Origin: Candidatus Aenigmatarchaeota archaeon
GTDB taxonomy: Archaea; Aenigmatarchaeota; Aenigmatarchaeia; GW2011-AR5; JAGGXF01
DNA: 64,000 nt
Assembly: GCA_021157845.1 (NCBI GenBank)
Contig: JAGGVU010000013.1
Location: forward strand, 11,192 to 75,191
Direction of reading: 5' to 3'
A model generated the notes under the pieces. It was not told the DNA's origin and ran no database searches. It saw nothing but the letters and a program-made list of their open reading frames with translations. Positions 8,383 through 16,975 of the stretch are shown in pieces. Each line of letters begins with the position of its first letter. Positions within the stretch are counted from its first letter, which is position 1. Both the position numbers and the translations under genes were made by a program.

Positions 8383-8665
8383 TGGAGAAGAATGACTTCC
8401 AGAAGGTTTTTTTTCTCTTTCTTCATAAATTTTTTCATCAAATTTTTCTAAATTAATTGGTCTCTTAGAAAATTTGAAATTCCCTTCGTAAATCTTATCT
8501 ATTATCTCAAAATAGCTCCTACCATAGATTGGTTCTATATACTCTCTTTTTTCTTCAACCGAAGCTCCGTTTTCAAGAACATGATTGACAAATTCTGTAG
8601 TAATCCCAACGGCTCGTTTCAGAGAATTTCCAAGGTTAAAATATTTTTGTTTAATTGTTCTTACA

Positions 8666-9484
8666 TTATTTGTTTAAGATGGACCTGGCTATGTTTAATA
8701 TATCTTCTGCGTCTTTCTCGTTTATAGAAATTTTGCTACATAACGCACGAATATCAAAAGAGACCAAATCATTTATTGTTATAATTTTATTTTCCATTAA
8801 AGATTTTTCAATAGCTCTTTTGGCATTGAGGATAGTTACTGGGTAAAGCCTTTTACTTGTTATTAAATGTTCTATTCCGTTATTATGCGGATAATTCCAA
8901 CCCGTGAGCAGTATATCTTTAGCTTTAGCGTATTTTATTGCGTGGTCAGAAAATTTTGTATTTGTAATTATCCAAGCCTTGTCAAAATTGTATTTAGTCT
9001 TTCCATTTTTGTATCCTTCTTTTATATCTTCAATTCTCGAATGTATTTCAAGAATTGTTTTTAGCCCAGAAAATCTTTCATACCTCTCATGTCTTTTGCA
9101 CTCCACCAAATATAACTTATCTTTTTTTGCTATTATATCAATCTGGTGCTCCACAGAAGCACCCTTAACTATTATATTCCATTCACATTTATATCCGACT
9201 GAACTAAGCAGTTTATAGACATAGAGCTCAAAGGCTTCTGGCTCTATTTTTGAGAGCGATTCACGTAACGTATAAATTCTAGACGAAACCGGATTTATCT
9301 GCCTTAATTTATCTCTAATACTTTTATATATCTCTCTTGTCGTTATGCCATCGTAAATCTCTTTTTTTATTTCTTCTACTATATGATTCGCTTCGTCTCT
9401 AGTCGCACCGGCATGTGTGCATGTCTGCATAACCTTTCTTTCGTTAAATTCTTCTCTTCTTCCATCTGCTTTTATTACGTACAT
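8666..9484 (-). CDS. ATP-cone domain fused to a PD-(D/E)xK (Mrr-like) restriction endonuclease domain
   Basis: The N-terminal ~85 aa (VIKADGRREEFNERKV...TTREIY) are ATP-cone-like. The following YKLLSSVGY...IDIIAKKDKLYLVECKRH gives a D...ExK nuclease core. Confidence 0.6.
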   Translation of the reverse strand: MYVIKADGRREEFNERKVMQTCTHAGATRDEANHIVEEIKKEIYDGITTREIYKSIRDKLRQINPVSSRIYTLRESLSKIEPEAFELYVYKLLSSVGYKCEWNIIVKGASVEHQIDIIAKKDKLYLVECKRHERYERFSGLKTILEIHSRIEDIKEGYKNGKTKYNFDKAWIITNTKFSDHAIKYAKAKDILLTGWNYPHNNGIEHLITSKRLYPVTILNAKRAIEKSLMENKIITINDLVSFDIRALCSKISINEKDAEDILNIARSILNK

Positions 9485-10743
9485 TTTAAATCACCACATA
9501 CTATTTTTATAAGTCTTTTGGCCTTGAATCTTCCTAAACGTCCTCTTTTTGCCTGAGACTCTGCAAAGATTTTAACTTTATCTGGCTTAAATGAGTCGCC
9601 AAATATCAAAACTGGCACCGGATCAGCTGTGTGTGTTCTGTATCTACACGAAGTTGTGTGGTCCGCTGTCACAATAATTATATCATCTTTTTTTATTAAT
9701 TTGGTTAGTGGCTTAAAGAAAAATAAATCAAAATATTCAATAATCTTTTTCTTATGTAGTGGCATACCTTTATGCCCAAATGCATCTGCACCTTTCAGAT
9801 GTATATAAAAAAAGTCATACCTTGAGAGAACACTTTTTAATTTTTTTATAGTTCTTTTACAATCTTTCCGGACTGCTTTTTTAAGCTCTTTAAAAGTTTT
9901 TAATAGTTTATCTGTTTCCGGGTTTTTATATTTTCTTGCAATGTCCATGCCAACAAGCTTTGATATGCCCCGCTCAACTGGTGTATCACCAAGGCAAATC
10001 CATTTTCCTCCATATTTCTTTGGTAAGTTAGTTAATTTTATCAGACCTTTATTTGCCCCTCTTAATAAAATATAATTTGCTGTTTTTTCGTCTTTTAAAA
10101 TTTCTTTTGCCCGCTCAATAAACTTATTCAATACGTCGGCAGTAAATTGTGCGTCTTTGCTCCTTTTTAAAGGAATTATCTTTTTTATTTTCATCTTTTT
10201 TCTCAAAGCCCTTGGATATTCTAAAAGGTACTTGTTTCGCTCATAACCAGGGTGATTGCTCGATATATATGGTGAAAGTTTTTTGGATTTTAAAAACAAA
10301 AGAAACCTGTACCCAAGAGAATGGTATATTTTTATCTTAATTCCGCGTATTTTTATTTTTTTTAGCTTGCCAATAATTTTTTCTGCTTTTTTTCCAGAAA
10401 TTCGTCCTGCTTCTGTATCTATGATATAACCATTTTCAGCTGTTGCCAAATTTCCGCGTAAAACCAAATCATTTTTTTCAACTCTTAATCCCATTCCAAC
10501 TGCCTCTAATGGTCCGCGACCTGTATTGTAGTTGAGCGGGTTAAAACCAAGAAGAGAAAGAACTCCTGTCTCTGTCTGTGGTGGTATTGATTTATTAATT
10601 AGCATTATTGAGCCATTTACGCCTTCTTCTGAAAGCTTATTAAGAAATGGCTTTTTTGCGCATTCCAATGGCGTCTTCCATCCCAAGTCTTTTAGGGGAT
10701 TGTCAGCAATTCCGTCTAAAACTACAAAAAAAATTTTATTCAT
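9475..10743 (-). CDS. apgM: 2,3-bisphosphoglycerate-independent phosphoglycerate mutase, archaeal type
   Basis: N-terminal FFVVLDGIADNP, HLKGADAFGH and VTADHTT metal-site motifs typical of ApgM. Confidence 0.8.
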   Translation of the reverse strand: MNKIFFVVLDGIADNPLKDLGWKTPLECAKKPFLNKLSEEGVNGSIMLINKSIPPQTETGVLSLLGFNPLNYNTGRGPLEAVGMGLRVEKNDLVLRGNLATAENGYIIDTEAGRISGKKAEKIIGKLKKIKIRGIKIKIYHSLGYRFLLFLKSKKLSPYISSNHPGYERNKYLLEYPRALRKKMKIKKIIPLKRSKDAQFTADVLNKFIERAKEILKDEKTANYILLRGANKGLIKLTNLPKKYGGKWICLGDTPVERGISKLVGMDIARKYKNPETDKLLKTFKELKKAVRKDCKRTIKKLKSVLSRYDFFYIHLKGADAFGHKGMPLHKKKIIEYFDLFFFKPLTKLIKKDDIIIVTADHTTSCRYRTHTADPVPVLIFGDSFKPDKVKIFAESQAKRGRLGRFKAKRLIKIVCGDLKCT

Positions 10744-11041
10744 ATTTTTTTATTCCTGCACAACTATATAAAAATATCTTTAGTAAAACGGGAATAACTT
10801 ATTTTTTAATTAAAAATTCTAAGTTGTCTCAAAAATTTTTTTTACCTCTTTTTCAAAGCAATTATCACAGAGATTATCCTGAAAAATAAAAACAATCGGA
10901 TCTAAATTAACCTTTTTTCCGCATAGTCGACATCTCTGTTCCAAAGAAAACACCTATCTATATAATTAATTACCAAACTATTTATTGTTTCATACTCGCT
11001 AATAAAATTTTAACAACTTTTTACTGAAACTAAGAAAAATA

Positions 11042-12574
11042 CTATACAACTACCTTTAGTAACATTTTTGTTTTTTTTGGCCGCCTAGATTTTATAATAA
11101 ATGAATCTTCATATGCATCCAACGCATTTTTCATTTTGATTTTATTTTCAGCATAAATTTTAAATAACGGTTCGCCATGTGAAATTTTATCACCTATTTT
11201 TTTAAATAACTCTATGCCAGCACCTTTGTCACCAGGACAGCCCGCAGCAATAGCTGTACGGACCAGATTCTTATTATGTATGTTATGGATATACCCAGAT
11301 TTTTTTGCCTTAACTATTCTTGTCTCTTTACCGACTCTTATATCCCCTATAGTCACCTTCTCATTTCCTCCTTGCTCTTTTATTATTTCTCTGAACTTTT
11401 TCTCTGCCAATCCAGAATTAAAAATTTTTACTGCCCTGGCCTTTCCTTCCTCAGCTGAGTAATCTTTGCCAACCATTTTGAAGAGGATACCGGAAAGTGA
11501 AGTTGCCTTGTCTATAAGGTCTTTTGACTTGCTATTTGAAAAAGTATTAAGTATATCTCTCGCCTCAAGAGCCGGACCCATTGAATAACCAAGAGGTTGT
11601 GAAGCGTTTGTAACAGCACATTCTATTTTCATGCCAAACCTTTTCCCGATTTTTATAAACTTCCGTGCAAGTTTGGACGCAACTGACATATCCTTTATTT
11701 TTGCCTGGGTAGGTCCCATTGGCATATCAAGAATAATATATTTAGATCCCATTACTTTTTTCTTTGCAATTATCGAGGGTATCATCATAGCATCAGAGTC
11801 TAGCGGATGTTCTATCTGTATAAATAGATCATCAGCAGGTGCGAGCTTGAATGACCCACCCCATATTATGCATCCACCGGTTTTCTTAACAGTCCTTCTT
11901 ATCGCTCTAGCATCAAGCTGGACAGGAGCAAAAATCTCAAATCTATCTGCTGTTCCTGCTGGATCAGTTATCGCGCGTGAAGAGCTTTTTGGTATAGTCA
12001 GGCCGGCTGCAGCAACTATCGAAACAAGTAATATGCTGGTCTTATCTCCGGGTATGCCACCTATGCTGTGTTTGTCAACAATTTTTCCTCTAAACGTAAA
12101 TTTTTCACTTGTATCTATCATTGCTTTAGTAAATCCGTACGCTTCAGAATCTGATAGGGGCCTAATATCAAATGATGAAATCAGAGAAGCAAGTGCAAGG
12201 TCGCTTAGTTTGTGCTCCAAAACATCATCGACTATCTGCCTTATTTTTTTATTGGTTAGTTCTTTACCGCGTATTCTTTCGCGGATGAATTTTTTTGAAT
12301 TGAGAAATGGTCTGGCCCGTACATCAACAATATCTCCATTCTTAATTTTAAGTATGTCATTCACATCATCGTATATAATTATTTCTCTGGGTTTTACTAT
12401 TTTTTCACTTGTGTTTACTATGCATGTTATGTCTTCTTTTTTGCTTTTGACTATTACACGCTCTAGTGGCTTAACAGCTAGCTTTTTTGCAGTTTTATTA
12501 TTAAGTATAACAATCATTTTTCCGCCAGATGTAAGTCCTGGCAAGCGTGCTTTTAGCTTCATATTTATCCCCAT
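11042..12574 (-). CDS. deoA: AMP phosphorylase (thymidine phosphorylase family with N-terminal extension)
   Basis: KHSIGGIPGDKTS phosphate-binding motif, ~500 aa with an N-terminal extra domain. Overlaps the upstream form III RuBisCO gene. Confidence 0.8.
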   Translation of the reverse strand: MGINMKLKARLPGLTSGGKMIVILNNKTAKKLAVKPLERVIVKSKKEDITCIVNTSEKIVKPREIIIYDDVNDILKIKNGDIVDVRARPFLNSKKFIRERIRGKELTNKKIRQIVDDVLEHKLSDLALASLISSFDIRPLSDSEAYGFTKAMIDTSEKFTFRGKIVDKHSIGGIPGDKTSILLVSIVAAAGLTIPKSSSRAITDPAGTADRFEIFAPVQLDARAIRRTVKKTGGCIIWGGSFKLAPADDLFIQIEHPLDSDAMMIPSIIAKKKVMGSKYIILDMPMGPTQAKIKDMSVASKLARKFIKIGKRFGMKIECAVTNASQPLGYSMGPALEARDILNTFSNSKSKDLIDKATSLSGILFKMVGKDYSAEEGKARAVKIFNSGLAEKKFREIIKEQGGNEKVTIGDIRVGKETRIVKAKKSGYIHNIHNKNLVRTAIAAGCPGDKGAGIELFKKIGDKISHGEPLFKIYAENKIKMKNALDAYEDSFIIKSRRPKKTKMLLKVVV

Positions 12575-13785
12575 TTATCTAGTGCTTGTTTAAGTTCTTT
12601 ATGTGCCTTGGCGTATTTTTTTAGATTAATCTTTTTCATTGAAGCGATTAGTGCCTGTTTCATGGCTTTTGCTCCAGCCCTGGTTCCAGCAGGATGCCCG
12701 TGAACTCCGCCACCGGCCTGTATAACGATGTCATTTCCAAGTATTTTTACGATTTGCGGAACCAACGAAGGATAAACGCCACCAGAAGAAACAGCAAAAA
12801 CGGGTTTAATGTTAAACCATTGCTGTTCAAGATAACTGGATGGCTTTACGTGTTGATACTCAATCATATTTTTTATCAGCACAATTTCCTTTTTATCACC
12901 TTCCATTTTCCCAACTGCTGTTCCTATATGCAGTTGGTCAACACCTATTAGACGAGAGAGTTTAGCAATAACATACATAGAAATCCCGTGCTTCTTATTT
13001 CGCGTAAATGTTGCATGCCCTGCCCGATGAGCATGTATAACCATTTTATAGTTCTGGTTTCTGATCTCCTGCAAGGCCGACCAGCCTGCTGATAGTATAT
13101 CAACCATTATACACTTGCCGCCATGCTCTTTAACAAAGTCAGCCCTTTCAATCATTGTTTTCATTGGAGCTGTTATGTTTGCCGCATATAAAACATTTCT
13201 GCCCTCTTCCTCTTTTATTTTATCTGCCATATCCAATGTATTTATAACCCTGTCTTCAAATTTGCAGAATTTCATTGATGTTAAATTTTCATCATCTTTT
13301 ACAAAATCCAATCCTCCTTTCCAAGCATTATATGCTACAGTTGCCCATTCCTTTGCATTTAGACCAACCTTTGGTTTTACAATTGTTCCAAGATGGGGGC
13401 GAACCTTTGTTTTTATTAATCTTCGAACGCCGCCTATGCCAAATGCAGGGCCTTTGAAAGACTTGATATATGATTTTGGAAATTGTATATCAACAAGACG
13501 TAAATTTTTTAAGAGCTTCATACCAAAAACATTTCCACCCAAACTTGACATGAGCTGTGGAACACTTCCAAACTCAAATAAATCTGAAGGATAAGCAATA
13601 TCAACAGTTTTATTTTTTTTGGAAATTTTCATAATTTTCGGTGATAATTTTTTTTGTATTTTTCTAGTTAAGGTTTTTATTTCTGTCCAAGTTCCAATTG
13701 AGGATTCTGCAGCTATCTGTTGCACGGCCCTTTCCCGACTAACAGAAGCAGTTTCAAAATAATATCTCGCGGTTATAAAATCCAT
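12565..13785 (-). CDS. rbcL: RuBisCO large subunit, form III-like
   Basis: GGLDFVKDDE (carbamylated Lys site), VKPK, HAHRAGHA, SGG and GGGVHGHP motifs are all intact. Confidence 0.9.
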   Translation of the reverse strand: MDFITARYYFETASVSRERAVQQIAAESSIGTWTEIKTLTRKIQKKLSPKIMKISKKNKTVDIAYPSDLFEFGSVPQLMSSLGGNVFGMKLLKNLRLVDIQFPKSYIKSFKGPAFGIGGVRRLIKTKVRPHLGTIVKPKVGLNAKEWATVAYNAWKGGLDFVKDDENLTSMKFCKFEDRVINTLDMADKIKEEEGRNVLYAANITAPMKTMIERADFVKEHGGKCIMVDILSAGWSALQEIRNQNYKMVIHAHRAGHATFTRNKKHGISMYVIAKLSRLIGVDQLHIGTAVGKMEGDKKEIVLIKNMIEYQHVKPSSYLEQQWFNIKPVFAVSSGGVYPSLVPQIVKILGNDIVIQAGGGVHGHPAGTRAGAKAMKQALIASMKKINLKKYAKAHKELKQALDKWG

Positions 13786-13789
13786 GATC

Positions 13790-14608
13790 TCACCTCAATA
13801 TCGCCAAAATATCCTTTGGCTTTTTTATTCCATCCTCCATAACTACGCCTGTTATATAACGCCACGGAGTTATATCAAAGGCCGGATTGATAATCTTTAC
13901 GCCTCTTATTTTTTTATAAACTTCAGATGGCGGCCTTATCTCTATTTTCACTTTTTTCCTTTTATCTATCTTGAATTTTGAGCCGACAACATAAAACGGT
14001 ATATTACTTTCAGACGCAGCAAGTGCCAGAAAGTAGGTACCGATTTTATTTATTACTCCCTCTTTTCGCATGGCGTCGCAACCAACTATAATTATATCAT
14101 CTTTTGGAATAACTGGATCTGTAAACGCTAGCGTTGCTGCATTGTCCTCTATTAATGTTACTGATATATTTTTTATTTTTGCAAGTTCTTTTGCTGTCTT
14201 TATGCCTTGTTGTCTTGGCATTGTTATATCTGCTATGACTGAAAATTTCTTTTTTTTAGCTGCCTCCTTAATGACAGCCAAAGCTTCTGATGAATGACAG
14301 TGGGTATGAACATGGTATCCCCTTTTTATCAACTGTTGACCAGTTGCGGCTATTAATTCAGTCGCCTTATCCAATTCTGCTAAAAGTTTGTCTATCGTTT
14401 CTTTTCGTTTATCTCTCCTAAGCTCATTAATAACATTGTAAAGGACAACTGCTGTCGATCTGGCAGATAAAAGCTTTTTACATTCCTTGTCAAACTCATG
14501 ACCAAATCCGTGAATTCGGGAAAATTTTTTAAGATGCCTGAGCGAAGCAGTTGCAATCTCTTTAGCTCCTTGAATTTTCAGTGATTTGATATCTTGAATA
14601 ACTGACAT
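13790..14608 (-). CDS. ribose-1,5-bisphosphate isomerase (eIF-2B alpha/beta/delta-like, e2b2)
   Basis: eIF-2B-family sequence (VHTHCHSSEA.., GCDAM..G.V.NK.GT) placed immediately upstream of rbcL and deoA on the minus strand. Confidence 0.75.
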   Translation of the reverse strand: MSVIQDIKSLKIQGAKEIATASLRHLKKFSRIHGFGHEFDKECKKLLSARSTAVVLYNVINELRRDKRKETIDKLLAELDKATELIAATGQQLIKRGYHVHTHCHSSEALAVIKEAAKKKKFSVIADITMPRQQGIKTAKELAKIKNISVTLIEDNAATLAFTDPVIPKDDIIIVGCDAMRKEGVINKIGTYFLALAASESNIPFYVVGSKFKIDKRKKVKIEIRPPSEVYKKIRGVKIINPAFDITPWRYITGVVMEDGIKKPKDILAILR

Positions 14609-14661
14609 AATTTAATTTTTCAGCCAGAGAATATAAAGTTTTTGAAAAATAATAGTTTAAT

Positions 14662-16089
14662 TCATACAGGCTTCACTATTGATTTATCATTTTTATCTTC
14701 TATAATATAGCCTTTTTTTCTTATCTCATCTCGTATTTTATCAGCCTTATTCCAATCTTTTTCTTTACGTGCTTTTTCCCTTTCCTCTACCAATTTTTTC
14801 ACATCTTTCGGGATTTCTGTTTTTTCTGACTCGAATTGCAACCCAAGAACATTTTGTGATAAATTTAAGAAAGTAGTTAGTGCATTTTTCAAAGACGCCC
14901 CGCTTTTTGGAGATTCTATGTATTTGTTAAGCAGGGAAGAAAACTCAAAAAGAACTCTCAGTGCTTCTGGCGTGTTAAAATCATCGTTCATCGCTGCTTC
15001 AAATTTTTCTTTTAGGTTTTTTATCTTTGATTCCAGTTCTCTATCAACGGGTAATGTGTTTTTTTCGTATTCTAAAGCGTGCTTCACACTATTAACCATG
15101 TTTTCCAGTTTTTTGCGACTGTTCTTCGCATCTTCTATTGCCTCTTCTTTGAAATCTATCGGCTTTCTATAATGTGTCGAAACTAGGAAATACCTTAGAT
15201 CCTTTGCATCATATTTACCGCCATTTTGCTTTAACAACTCGTGTGCTGTGAAAAAATTTCCAAGTGACTTTGCCATTTTTTCTCCTTTTATGTTCAGAAA
15301 TTCTGTATGAATCCAATATCGGACGAATTGTTTGCCAGTTGCTGATTCTGACTGCGCTATTTCATTTTCATGGTGCGGAAATTTCAAATCTTTACCACCG
15401 CCATGTATATCAAAAGTTTCACCAAGATATTTCATGGACATTGCTGAACATTCAATATGCCATCCCGGTCGGCCATTGCCCCACGGACTATCCCAAGAAG
15501 GCTCACCTGGTTTTGATGCTTTCCACAGAGCAAAATCTCTTGGATGTTCTTTGTCATAATTGTCCTGTTCAACTCTTGCTCCTGCTTTCAGCTGATTAAT
15601 CGAGACACCAGATAATTTTCCATAATCCTTAAACTTAGCAATAGAAAAATAGACATTGCCGCCCTTTACATAACCATACCCGTTTTCAACTATTTTCTTT
15701 ATTAAGCTTATTATATCAGCAATATGTTCTGTTGCCCTGGGATTTATATCTGGTAGCTGGTTGTTATACGCCTTCATATCGTCAAAATATATTTTCTCAT
15801 ATTTTTTTGCAATTTCTTTTATAGTTGTTCCCTCTTTCTGGGCCCGCTTAATCATCTTATCGTCCACATCTGTAACGTTTTGGACGTGCTTCACATCATA
15901 GCCAAGATAGCGGAGATAGCGTATAATTACATCAAAAGCCACGAAAGAACGCATATTGCCTATATGAATATAGTCATAAACAGTTGGGCCACATATATAT
16001 ATACCAACTTTGCTGGATTGCAGTGGCTCAAATATTTCTTTTTTTCTGGTTAGGGAATTATATATTTTTAACTTATCTGTCTTTATCAT
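14662..16089 (-). CDS. cysS: cysteinyl-tRNA synthetase
   Basis: CGPTVYDYIHIGN (HIGH), KMAKSLGN (KMSKS), WH.EC zinc site. I trimmed the start to the ATG at 16089 (MIKTDKLKIYNS...) because the longer track ORF runs into tRNA-Cys. Confidence 0.9.
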   Translation of the reverse strand: MIKTDKLKIYNSLTRKKEIFEPLQSSKVGIYICGPTVYDYIHIGNMRSFVAFDVIIRYLRYLGYDVKHVQNVTDVDDKMIKRAQKEGTTIKEIAKKYEKIYFDDMKAYNNQLPDINPRATEHIADIISLIKKIVENGYGYVKGGNVYFSIAKFKDYGKLSGVSINQLKAGARVEQDNYDKEHPRDFALWKASKPGEPSWDSPWGNGRPGWHIECSAMSMKYLGETFDIHGGGKDLKFPHHENEIAQSESATGKQFVRYWIHTEFLNIKGEKMAKSLGNFFTAHELLKQNGGKYDAKDLRYFLVSTHYRKPIDFKEEAIEDAKNSRKKLENMVNSVKHALEYEKNTLPVDRELESKIKNLKEKFEAAMNDDFNTPEALRVLFEFSSLLNKYIESPKSGASLKNALTTFLNLSQNVLGLQFESEKTEIPKDVKKLVEEREKARKEKDWNKADKIRDEIRKKGYIIEDKNDKSIVKPV

Positions 16090-16109
16090 AATATCCAACT
16101 CGGAACAAA

Positions 16110-16288
16110 AGCGAGGTGGGAGAGTTGAACTCCCTTCTCCCGGTTTCTGCTTCTTTTGACTGAATTTCTTCGGTTTTGGATCCAACCTTTTTTAAAGGTT
16201 GTTTTTGACTGAACTTCTTCGGTTTTGGATCCAACCTTTTTTAAAGGTTGGCCTGCAGCCGGGTGCATAACCGTTCTGCCAACCTCGC
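16110..16288 (-). tRNA. tRNA-Cys(GCA) with a ~108-nt anticodon-loop intron
   Basis: Reverse complement: GCGAGGT-TG-GCAGAACGGTTATGC-A-CCCGG-CTGCAG[intron]A-CCGGG-AGAA-GGGAG-TTCAACT-CTCCC-ACCTCGC-T. Confidence 0.75.
16153..16250 (-). repeat. 49-nt tandem direct duplication (47/49 identical) inside the tRNA-Cys intron
   Basis: Unit 16153-16201 and unit 16202-16250 differ at two positions. Each unit contains the hairpin CAACCTTT-AAA-AAAGGTTG. Confidence 0.9.
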
Positions 16289-16327
16289 ATAATTAAACTT
16301 CTTATGTAAATAATTTAAATAAATGAT

Positions 16328-16954
16328 TTAAAATTTAATAACTTCCTTGGACTTGATTGCATCACGTATTAATCTCTTTATTTCCAACTTTTTTTCTGCC
16401 TCTGCTATTTCATTTATATTTGATTTTGTCCTTGGCTTTTTTGGGACAAAATCACATGGCCGGTGCTTATCAGAATATTTCAGAGTTCCTATTTTGCGTG
16501 CGACTTTTATAATTTCTGCTTTGTCAAACCCTATTAAAGGCCTTATTATTATCATACCAACAGCATCATCTTCTACGACAAGATTTTCGAATGTTTGGCT
16601 TGCCACTTGACCGAGAGACTCGCCTGTCAATAAAGCTACGTATTTTTTTCTACCAATCTTCTCTGCTATCCTGTACATCATCCTTTTACACAAAACACAC
16701 TGAAGATTTTTTGGACATCTTTTATCTATTTCTTCAAGAACATGGCGATAATTAATTAATAACAGTTTTGTATTTTTTTGCCCAGTAATTTTATTGATTG
16801 CTTTTATGCATTGGGAAACTATTTTAAAATCATTTTTTTTCTCAGACGTGGAGAAAAAAATATAATCGATGTGATATGCTTGGTTTGCCATCATATAAGA
16901 TGAAACTGAACTATCTATGCCTCCTGATATTAATGACAAAAGCTTTTTTACCAT
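16328..16954 (-). CDS. ThiI-like PP-loop (AANH) domain protein lacking THUMP
   Basis: LISGGIDSSV PP-loop at the N-terminus, CVLCKRMM, RPLIGFDKAEII. 208 aa with no N-terminal RNA-binding domain. Confidence 0.7.
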   Translation of the reverse strand: MVKKLLSLISGGIDSSVSSYMMANQAYHIDYIFFSTSEKKNDFKIVSQCIKAINKITGQKNTKLLLINYRHVLEEIDKRCPKNLQCVLCKRMMYRIAEKIGRKKYVALLTGESLGQVASQTFENLVVEDDAVGMIIIRPLIGFDKAEIIKVARKIGTLKYSDKHRPCDFVPKKPRTKSNINEIAEAEKKLEIKRLIRDAIKSKEVIKF

Positions 16955-16975
16955 AAATTCACCAAACCTAAAGAA

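Noticed and set aside
8016-8441. 141-aa minus-strand ORF in the track
   Set aside because: It is mostly antisense to the 3' end of the ThiI-like gene and its translation is low-complexity (F/L/S/I-rich). The start-less frame at 8374-8688 is the more protein-like reading of the gap and is reported separately.
11631-12593. 320-aa plus-strand ORF in the track
   Set aside because: It lies entirely antisense to the AMP phosphorylase gene, which has clear family motifs. Its translation is low-complexity (S/I/F/L-rich) with no motif, so it is a shadow ORF. The same reasoning applies to 2697-3170, 13115-13594, 19058-19528, 31158-31592, 40333-40902, 45711-46139, 54044-54682, 57434-57877 and the other antisense ORFs in the track.
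12565-13785. RuBisCO as evidence for Calvin-cycle autotrophy, or as a RuBisCO-like protein
   Set aside because: The catalytic motifs are intact, so it is not an RLP. It is sandwiched between AMP phosphorylase and R15P isomerase and no phosphoribulokinase is visible. The nucleotide-salvage role is the supported reading.
16090-16185. N-terminal 32-codon extension of cysS given by the track (MDPKPKKFSQKK...)
   Set aside because: The extension overlaps the 3' exon and intron of tRNA-Cys. The canonical CysRS N-terminus (MIKTDKLKIYNSLT...) begins at the ATG at 16089.
16153-16250. Tandem repeat considered as a mini CRISPR array or minisatellite
   Set aside because: There are only two directly abutting copies with no spacers, and they lie wholly inside a tRNA intron. 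No cas genes are in the window.
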